Below are positions 55,797-62,566 of a stretch of DNA of 62,566 nt, piece by piece (within the stretch, counting starts at the first letter, position 1; every line of letters begins with the position of its first letter). The DNA lies in assembly GCA_036781285.1 (NCBI GenBank), contig DAIQBH010000006.1, positions 1-62,566 on the forward strand. The letters are read 5' to 3'. This stretch comes from Thermodesulfobacteriota bacterium (GTDB taxonomy: Bacteria > Desulfobacterota > Binatia > UTPRO1). The notes below the pieces were generated by a model. It searched no databases. It worked only from the letters and a program-made list of their open reading frames with translations, and had not been told where the DNA came from. The translations under genes were made by a program, and so were the position numbers.

Positions 55797-56366
55797 ATGA
55801 TCTCCACCGGTGATTTCAAGCGGAACCTCCGCATCCAGATCGACGGCGAGCCCTACGTGATCCTCGACGTCCACGTGCAGTCGCCGTCGGCGCGCGGCGC
55901 GAGCTCGCTCTCGAAGATCAAGGTGCGGAACATGAAGACGGGCCAGGTCTTCGACAAGACGTTTCGTGGCGGCGACAAGGTCGAGGAGCCGAACGTCGAG
56001 CTCCGGCCCATTCAGTTCCTCTACCGGGACGACGACGGGTTCCACTTCATGGACACCCAGTCGTACGACCAGTTCATGCTCACCGCCGACGACCTCGGCG
56101 ATCTCGGCGGCTATCTGAAGGACGGCATGAGCAGCATCCGCTCCGTCCTCTTCAACGGCGACGTGATCTCGGTCGAGCTCCCGAACACGGTCGTGCTCCA
56201 GGTCGTCGACACGGCGCCCGCGGTGAAGGGTGCCACCGCGCAGGCGCAGACGAAACCGGCGACGCTCGAGACCGGGCTGGTGATCCAGGTCCCGTCCTAC
56301 CTCGAGAGCGGCGAGCTCGTGCAGGTCGACACGCGCGAAGCGCGCTTCATCGCTCGCGCCAAATAG
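55797..56366 (+). CDS. Elongation factor P paralog, EfpL/YeiP-type loop
   Basis: EF-P fold motifs (FMD..SYDQ, KPATLETGLVIQVP) with QSPSARG in place of PGKG. Confidence 0.88.
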   Translation: MISTGDFKRNLRIQIDGEPYVILDVHVQSPSARGASSLSKIKVRNMKTGQVFDKTFRGGDKVEEPNVELRPIQFLYRDDDGFHFMDTQSYDQFMLTADDLGDLGGYLKDGMSSIRSVLFNGDVISVELPNTVVLQVVDTAPAVKGATAQAQTKPATLETGLVIQVPSYLESGELVQVDTREARFIARAK

Positions 56367-56454
56367 ATTTCGGCCCCGTGCGCTTTTCGGGGCATGCGCC
56401 CCGAAAATGCTCCGAGGGCCCTCGGCGCCCGAAGTGAATTCCGGCGCCTCGCTT
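56367..56454 (-). repeat. Structured dispersed repeat, copy B
   Basis: Starts at the first base after the efp-like stop. Its reverse complement aligns to 52544-52630. Confidence 0.85.
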
Positions 56455-56457
56455 CCG

Positions 56458-57795
56458 CTAAACGACGAGCGGCGCGCCGAGGCCGCTCTGGATCGGCGTG
56501 TCGTCGAGCTCGTCCAGCTCCTCGATCTCGGGTGCGTCGTCGTCGAACGGCGTCTCGTCGATCGTCACGTCGGGCGTGAAGCTCGGCTCGTCGACGGCGT
56601 CGACGAGATCGATCTCGCCGCTGAATTGCGTCTCGGTCCCGACCTCGACGCCGGCCTCGTCCGGCAGCGGCGGCCGGACGACCGCGATCAGCACCGCGGC
56701 CGCGACGAGCCCGGCGGGCGCCGCGCCCCAACCCCGCAAGGCCCGGCGGAGGTCGGTCCACGGCCGCGGGCGCGCCTCCCACCGATCGACGGCGCGTGCC
56801 ACGAGCCACGATCCCGCGAGCACCGGCAGGACGACGAGCGCCTGCGCGCTCCCGATCCACCAGAGCGGCGTCACCGCGAGGAGCGCCAGCATCTGCAAGA
56901 ACACGTGCGCGCCGTACACCGCGAGGCTGCGCCGTCCGAGCGTCGCGATCGCCGCGGCGCCCGCCGAGCGGCGCATGTGACGCCACCCGACCGCGCTCGT
57001 CGTCAGCACGACGAGCGTCGCCGCGAGGTAGCGCAGCAGCTCCCCGGTCGTGAGGGGGACCTTCGCGAAGCTCACGAACGTCGGCTCCGGGACGATGTCG
57101 AAGCGCGGGCCGTACGCGAGCGACGTCGTCACGATGAACGCGATCCATGCCCCGGCCATCGCGACGCGCCACGCGCGCCGGCCGCGATCGAGCCGCGGCA
57201 CGACCATGCTGAAGAGGAGCCCGGCGACGAAGAACGCCTGCCAGAGGAGGAACGGAAACTCGACGCTCGCGCGCGGCGAGAACGCGTGAGGATCGTGGCG
57301 GCCGTAGGTGAAGACCGCCGCGCTCACCAAGGCGACGAGCGGCCAGAGTCCCCGGCGCAGGAGTGCGAACGCCGCCGGCGTGACTAGCAGCATTGCAACG
57401 TACAGCGGAAAGACGTCGATGTACGACGGCGCCTCGCGAAGAAACGCGATGTCGCGCACGAGCGCCAGCGGATCGGCCGCGGGAGAGCGCGTGCCTCGCA
57501 GCACGTCGAGCGTCACGATGATGCCCGTAAGCGCGTAGTGCACGCCCAGCAGGTAGACCGCCCGCGCCCAGAGACGGGCGGTCGACGCCCGGAGGTGACG
57601 GTCGTCGCGCGGGCGGAGATACGCGAGGCCGACGCCGAGCCCCGCCACGAACACGAAGCCGCCGGCCGCGAAACGCGTGTAGTCCACGATCCACGGCGTG
57701 AGGACGCCGAACTGCACGCCCTCGTGCACGAGGTGCACGAGGATCATGTCGATCAGGCAGAGCCCGCGCCAGAGATCGAGCCGCCGATCGCGCAC
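56458..57795 (-). CDS. OpgC-family membrane acyltransferase (glucan succinylation-like)
   Basis: RDRRLDLWRGLCL...H, FVFVAG, FPLYV, WQAFF.AG, LGRRSL.VY. Multiple transmembrane segments. Confidence 0.8.
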   Translation of the reverse strand: MRDRRLDLWRGLCLIDMILVHLVHEGVQFGVLTPWIVDYTRFAAGGFVFVAGLGVGLAYLRPRDDRHLRASTARLWARAVYLLGVHYALTGIIVTLDVLRGTRSPAADPLALVRDIAFLREAPSYIDVFPLYVAMLLVTPAAFALLRRGLWPLVALVSAAVFTYGRHDPHAFSPRASVEFPFLLWQAFFVAGLLFSMVVPRLDRGRRAWRVAMAGAWIAFIVTTSLAYGPRFDIVPEPTFVSFAKVPLTTGELLRYLAATLVVLTTSAVGWRHMRRSAGAAAIATLGRRSLAVYGAHVFLQMLALLAVTPLWWIGSAQALVVLPVLAGSWLVARAVDRWEARPRPWTDLRRALRGWGAAPAGLVAAAVLIAVVRPPLPDEAGVEVGTETQFSGEIDLVDAVDEPSFTPDVTIDETPFDDDAPEIEELDELDDTPIQSGLGAPLVV

Positions 57796-57848
57796 GGCGC
57801 GGAAGATACGACGGAGCTACGAATTCGACAACGCGGTTCCGGCCCCGT

Positions 57849-58580
57849 TCACCACGATTCGACCCAGGGGCGCACGTCGAGCTCGTGGGTCCAGGCGCTC
57901 CGCGGCTGCTGGAAGAGCGTCCAGTAGTTCTCGGCGATCGCGTCCGGGTCGAGGAGCCCGTCGGGACCACGCTCGTCCTTGAGATTCGGGAGGAACCCGT
58001 TCAGGCGGTCGCCGTCGATTCCGCCATCGATGACGACATGCGCAACGTGGATGCCCTGCGGTCCGAATTCGCGGGCGGCCGTCTGCGCGAGCGCGCGGAG
58101 CGCGGCTTTCGCCTGGGCGAAGCCGCCGAACATCGCCTTCCCCCGGAGCGATCCCGAGGCCCCCGTGAACAGGATCACGCCGCGTTGCCGCGGCAGCATC
58201 ACGTCGAGCGCCGCCTTTGCGAAGAAGAAACCCGCGAGCGCGTTCACTCTCCACATGCTCTCGAGGAACTCGGCGTCCATGTCGCGGAACGGCCGCGGCC
58301 AGTTGCCGCCGGCGTTGAAGATCGCGGCTTCGAGGGGCGCGTCCGCCCGCTCCGCGCTCGCGACGACGCGCCGGACGGCGGCTTCGTCCGTGACGTCGCC
58401 GACGACGGCCTCCGCATCGGCGCCCGCGGCTTTCAGATCCGCCAGCGCCGCGGCGATCTTCTCCTCGGAACGCCCCATCACGGTCACGCGGAAGCCCTCG
58501 CGCGCGAAGCGGCGCGCGATCGCCGCCCCGAGCCCGCGCGTCGGCCCCACGCCGAGCACCACTGCCGATCGTTTCGCCAT
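57849..58580 (-). CDS. SDR oxidoreductase
   Basis: GVGPTRGLG, FNAG, TGASGS, FAQAK, HVAHVVIDG, WTHELDVRP. Confidence 0.9.
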   Translation of the reverse strand: MAKRSAVVLGVGPTRGLGAAIARRFAREGFRVTVMGRSEEKIAAALADLKAAGADAEAVVGDVTDEAAVRRVVASAERADAPLEAAIFNAGGNWPRPFRDMDAEFLESMWRVNALAGFFFAKAALDVMLPRQRGVILFTGASGSLRGKAMFGGFAQAKAALRALAQTAAREFGPQGIHVAHVVIDGGIDGDRLNGFLPNLKDERGPDGLLDPDAIAENYWTLFQQPRSAWTHELDVRPWVESW

Positions 58581-59068
58581 CACGCCTCCTTCGTCGCGGC
58601 CGTCGCCGCCGCGGACCCGCGCCCGCGCTTCGCCCGTGCGACGCGGAGCCGCCGGACGTCGAGCCGCTTCCCGGTATGCTCGTCGACGACGACGGGACGC
58701 ACCTCGCGTCCGGTCTCGTGGTCGACGAGGGTCACCGGCGGTCCGTTCTCGTCCCACAGCCAATCCGCGCCCCACCGGAACATCGCCGCCAGCACGTCCC
58801 AGAACGCCCGGCCCTTGTCGGTCAGCCGATACTCGTAGCGGACGGGACGGTCGGCGTACGCCTGCTTCACCATCAGTCCCTCGGCGACGAGCCGCGCGAG
58901 CCGTTTCGCGAGCACCGCGCGCGGCACGTCGAGCCCGCGCTGGAAATCCTCGAAGCGGCGCTTGCCCGCGAACGCTTCGCGGAGCACGAGCGGGGTCCAC
59001 CAGTCACCGATGAGATCGGTCGCGCGGGCGATGGGGCAGGGCCAGGAGTCGAAGCGGGTGCGGCGCAT
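58580..59068 (-). CDS. HxlR-family winged-helix regulator
   Basis: CPIARATDLIGDWWTPLVLRE, RRFEDFQ, RYEYRLTDKG. Confidence 0.93.
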   Translation of the reverse strand: MRRTRFDSWPCPIARATDLIGDWWTPLVLREAFAGKRRFEDFQRGLDVPRAVLAKRLARLVAEGLMVKQAYADRPVRYEYRLTDKGRAFWDVLAAMFRWGADWLWDENGPPVTLVDHETGREVRPVVVDEHTGKRLDVRRLRVARAKRGRGSAAATAATKEA

Positions 59069-59171
59069 CAGTCCAGAGGGGGGACCTCTCCCCCTTCGCT
59101 GCGCGCGGCAAAGCCGCGCGAGCTCATCCCCCGGTTCGCCGTCGGTCGGCCGCGCGCCTCGCGACCTGCGG

Positions 59172-61424
59172 TCACGCCACCGCCTCGATGCGCGCCGGCA
59201 CGTGCTTGTGCCACGGTGTCCCCGCGAGCCAGTCGCGATCCTCCGACGACGTCAGCTCGTTCGGCGCGATCCCGTGTACGACCGATCGGCCGTCGGGATC
59301 GGGATAGGCGAGCCCGAGGCCGTTCGGCAGGCTCACGTGACCCGCCTGCATGCAGTCGTTGACCTCGACGACCGCCTCGGCGCTGCCGCGCTTGGTCGTG
59401 ATCCGAACGCGCCCGCCGTCGGCGACGCCGAGCGCCGCCGCGTCGTCGGGGCTCATGCGAAGCGCGCCCGCGGCGTCCTTCTTCCGCCACTCGGGGTTCC
59501 GGAAGATCGTGTTGGCCGTCGACGTCCGCCGCTCGCCCGCGGTCAGCACGAACGGAAAGGCGCGCTCGTGTGCCGGCGTCTCCGACGGCAGGGCACGCAG
59601 CTCGTCCATCAGCTCGTGCACGGTGAGATTGATCTTGCCGTCGGGCGTCGCGACCCGGCGCCACGTCTCCTCGTACTCGTCGACGGTGAAGGTCACGCCC
59701 GAGCGGCGGGTGCGGATCGCCTCGAAGAGCGCCTCGCCGAGCGCGGGGCCGTCGCCGTCGAAGCCGGCGCGGCGCACCGACTCGGGATAGCTCATCGCGC
59801 ACGTGTGCGCGGCGCCCCAGAGCAGGGCGACCGCCTCGTTCCCGGCGCCGAAGGTCGGGCCGAGCGTCTCGTAGAGAATGACCGGCACGAGACCGGCGAG
59901 CTCGGGATGCTCCATCGTGAACTGGAGGAACGCGGGCGCGAACACGGTGCGCCCCTGCTTTGCCGCCGCGTGCAACGGCTCCAACAGCGCGTCATCCAGA
60001 GCGCCGATCGCGCGCACCAACCGCCGATGGATCTCGGGCTCGGCGAGCGTGCCCGCGAGCGGCGGAAAGAGCGGCGCGCGCAGCTGGAACACGTTGTGCG
60101 GGAACTCGAGCGTGAAGAACGTCGCCTCCCACTTCTCGAACTGGGACGGCGCCGGCAGCACGTAGTGCGCGTGCCGTCCCGTCTCGGTGAGCGCGACGTC
60201 GATCACGACGACCAGCTCGAGCGCATCGAGCGCCTCGCGCATGCGCCGGCTGTCGGCGAGCGAGTGGCAGGGGTTCGTGCTCTCGACGATCATCGCGCGG
60301 AATCGCTTCGGATGGTCGGTCAGGATCTCGTCGGGGATGACGTTCGCCGGAATGAGGCCGGTGATGATGCGGTGGCCGCCGACGGGGCTCGTCTTTCCGC
60401 CTTCCTTGCCGCCGCCGAGGCCCGCCATGCGGGTGTGGATGTTCATCCCGCCCGGCTTCGCGAAGTTTCCGGTCAACAGGTACAGCAGCTTCTCGAGGTA
60501 CGAGTTCAGCGTCGAGTGCGGCGCCTGCTGGATGCCGAGGTCCTCGAAGATCGAGACGCTCTCGGCGGCGGCGATCCGCCGCGCTGCCTTCCGTACGAGC
60601 TCCTCGGGGACGCCGGCGCGCGCGCAGTAGTCGGCGACGGGGATGTCGCGCAGCACCGCGAAGATCTCGTCCTCGTTCACGGTGTGCCCGCGCAGGAACT
60701 CGTGGTCGACGAGGTCCTCCTGCACCAGCACGCCGAGCATCGCGGAGAGGCAGAACGCGTCGGTGCCCGGCTTCACCGCGAGATGGATGTCGGCGAGCTC
60801 GGCGCTTTCCGTGCGGCGCGGGTCGATGACTATCAGGGCGCGCTTCTCGTCGGCCGCGATCTCGCGCAGCACCGCCCGCGCCCGCGGGAAGCCGTGCGAC
60901 TGCCACGGGTTCTTGCCCACGAACACCGCGACCTCGGCGCGCTCGAAGTCGCCGGTCGTGTGGCAGCGCGGGCGGCCGTAGAGCTGGCCGTCGACCCAGA
61001 ACTCGCCGGTCTTCTCCTGCGCGAGCGCGTTCGACGTGTAGATGGATCCGAGCGCGCGCCGCACGGCGCCGCTGTACGCGCCGCCGAGATGATTCCCCTG
61101 GCCGCCGCCGCCGTAATAGAAGATCGTCGATCCGCCGTGCGTGTCGCGGATCGCGACCAGACGCTCCGCGATCTCGCCGATCGCCGTGTCCCAGTCGATC
61201 TCCTCGAACGTTCCGTCGGCGCGCCGCCGGAGCGGCGACGACAGGCGGTGCCGGCCGTTCTGGTAGTGATCGAGCCGCTGCGCCTTCTCGCAGGCGTAGC
61301 CGCGCGAGCCGGGATGGGCGCGGTCGCCGCGCACCTTCGTGATGTGACCATCCTCGGTCTTCACCTCGATGCCGCAGTTCACGCTACAGAGGATGCACGC
61401 CGTCTGGTGCCACGCGTCGCTCAT
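59172..61424 (-). CDS. Molybdopterin-dependent oxidoreductase with an N-terminal 4Fe-4S motif
   Basis: CILCSVNCG..GYACEKA, GKNPWQSHG, IDPRRTE, C-terminal MSPDDAAALG dinucleotide-binding domain. Confidence 0.92.
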   Translation of the reverse strand: MSDAWHQTACILCSVNCGIEVKTEDGHITKVRGDRAHPGSRGYACEKAQRLDHYQNGRHRLSSPLRRRADGTFEEIDWDTAIGEIAERLVAIRDTHGGSTIFYYGGGGQGNHLGGAYSGAVRRALGSIYTSNALAQEKTGEFWVDGQLYGRPRCHTTGDFERAEVAVFVGKNPWQSHGFPRARAVLREIAADEKRALIVIDPRRTESAELADIHLAVKPGTDAFCLSAMLGVLVQEDLVDHEFLRGHTVNEDEIFAVLRDIPVADYCARAGVPEELVRKAARRIAAAESVSIFEDLGIQQAPHSTLNSYLEKLLYLLTGNFAKPGGMNIHTRMAGLGGGKEGGKTSPVGGHRIITGLIPANVIPDEILTDHPKRFRAMIVESTNPCHSLADSRRMREALDALELVVVIDVALTETGRHAHYVLPAPSQFEKWEATFFTLEFPHNVFQLRAPLFPPLAGTLAEPEIHRRLVRAIGALDDALLEPLHAAAKQGRTVFAPAFLQFTMEHPELAGLVPVILYETLGPTFGAGNEAVALLWGAAHTCAMSYPESVRRAGFDGDGPALGEALFEAIRTRRSGVTFTVDEYEETWRRVATPDGKINLTVHELMDELRALPSETPAHERAFPFVLTAGERRTSTANTIFRNPEWRKKDAAGALRMSPDDAAALGVADGGRVRITTKRGSAEAVVEVNDCMQAGHVSLPNGLGLAYPDPDGRSVVHGIAPNELTSSEDRDWLAGTPWHKHVPARIEAVA

Positions 61425-61515
61425 GGAAGCCCTCCGTCGGGAGTCAGTTCAACGAAGAAATGTACTGCGCGCGCCGCTCTGGCAAGGGGATTCCGGCCGC
61501 TGGTAAGCACCTCGA

Positions 61516-62499
61516 ATGGCGCTCACGACACGCGAGATCAGCAAGCAGGCGAAGCGTCTCGCGCTTCGCTACCGGATCGACAAGGGCAAGGGCTTTCGTC
61601 TGAAGGACTTCGACCCGGGCGACACGGCCGGTCTCGGCGACGCGTACAAGGAAGGGGCGAAGGAGCTGCTGCAACGCGGGGTGCAGCGGCTCGCGGAGCT
61701 CCAGGAGAAGCTCTACGCGCAGGATCACTGGGGCGTGCTCCTGATCTTCCAGGCGATGGACGCGGCCGGGAAGGACAGCGCCATCGAGCACGTGATGTCG
61801 GGCGTGAACCCGCAGGGGTGCTCGGTCACCGCGTTCAAGCAGCCGTCGAGCGAGGAGCTCGACCACGACTACCTCTGGCGCACGACGCGCGCGCTCCCCG
61901 CGCGCGGCATGATCGGCATCTTCAATCGCTCGTACTACGAAGAAGTGCTGGTGGTGCGGGTGCATCCGGAGATCCTCGAACGCCAGCACCTGCCGAAGGT
62001 CTGCACCGGCGAGCGCGTCTTCGAGAATCGCTACGAGGACATCGCCGGCTTCGAGCACTACCTCGACCGCAACGGCATCATCGTCCGGAAGTTCTTCCTG
62101 AACGTCTCGAAGGGCGAGCAGAAACGGCGCTTCCTCGCGCGCATCGACGAGCCGGAGAAGAACTGGAAGTTCTCGGTCGCGGACGTGAAGGAGCGCGCGC
62201 ACTGGAGCGAGTATCAAGACGCCTACGAGCGGGCGATCCGCGCGACCGCCGCGCCGCACGCGCCGTGGTACGTGATCCCGGCGGACAACAAGTGGTTCAC
62301 GCGGCTCGTCGTCGCCGCGGTGATCGTCGAGACGCTCGAGGGTCTGGAGGTCGACTTCCCGGTGCTCGATCCGACCCGCCGCGCCGAGCTCGAAACCGCA
62401 CGCGCGCTCCTCGCGAGCGGCAACGGCGGCGCGAAGCCCGGCAAGTCGGGGAAGCGTCGGAAGCCGCGGAAGGCGCGGAAGCCCCAGAGGGATGGATGA
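61516..62499 (+). CDS. ppk2: Polyphosphate kinase 2 family (class III-like)
   Basis: FQAMDAAGKDS, FKQPSSEELDHDYLWR, FNRSYYEEVL, KFFLNVSK, PADNKW. Confidence 0.94.
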   Translation: MALTTREISKQAKRLALRYRIDKGKGFRLKDFDPGDTAGLGDAYKEGAKELLQRGVQRLAELQEKLYAQDHWGVLLIFQAMDAAGKDSAIEHVMSGVNPQGCSVTAFKQPSSEELDHDYLWRTTRALPARGMIGIFNRSYYEEVLVVRVHPEILERQHLPKVCTGERVFENRYEDIAGFEHYLDRNGIIVRKFFLNVSKGEQKRRFLARIDEPEKNWKFSVADVKERAHWSEYQDAYERAIRATAAPHAPWYVIPADNKWFTRLVVAAVIVETLEGLEVDFPVLDPTRRAELETARALLASGNGGAKPGKSGKRRKPRKARKPQRDG

Positions 62500-62566
62500 G
62501 CTCGGTAGTTCTAGTGCGTGGCGAGGCCCCCGCCGACGTCGACGCGATCCGCGACGTCATGACGCG
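62496..62566 (+). CDS. Start of a probable GNAT acetyltransferase (runs off the window)
   Basis: ATGA overlap with the ppk2 stop; MSSVVLVRGEAPADVDAIRDV resembles GNAT N-termini. Only 23 codons are visible. Confidence 0.4.
   Translation, partial: MSSVVLVRGEAPADVDAIRDVMT

Noticed and set aside
55797-56366. Assigning the gene symbol efp
   Set aside because: The loop is PSARG, not PGKG. An EfpL-like paralog is more likely, so the symbol is left blank.
59076-59120. Small hairpins between hxlR and the molybdoenzyme gene (CGCGCGGC-AAA-GCCGCGCG)
   Set aside because: Short GC stems are common here, with no second copy in the window and no clear match to the 88-nt repeat.
59172-61424. Selenocysteine or recoding in the molybdoenzyme
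   Set aside because: The ORF is uninterrupted, with no in-frame TGA.

Overview
High-GC bacterial window with no rRNA, tRNA or CRISPR array. The many Cys-rich secreted proteins and STAND regulators suggest a Candidatus Binatia / deltaproteobacteria-like genome, but this is inference only. Left end: a CarH-like MerR/B12-domain regulator with a non-canonical cofactor motif, divergent from a DUF378-folE-SDR-SDR-flavin reductase-katG operon. About 5.8-27.3 kb: an accessory stretch of secreted Cys-rich proteins (three share a Cx21C repeat), a GH4, an IS91-type transposase remnant, a GMC oxidoreductase, rluA, a REC-STAND ATPase and two CSLREA/beta-helix proteins. Middle: an A-A-T-TE NRPS-like gene, nagZ, a sulfotransferase-fold coiled-coil protein, a DUF2868/GTPase pair, and AHAS I-type ilvBN behind an unannotated Val-rich leader-peptide attenuator. 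Right: a divergent pair of STAND ATPases flanking a 68-aa ORF, a TGT-MnmD-like fusion, an EfpL-type factor, OpgC, HxlR/SDR, a molybdopterin oxidoreductase and PPK2. A dispersed ~88-nt multi-hairpin repeat with compensatory base changes occurs twice. Family names come from recalled motifs, not database searches.
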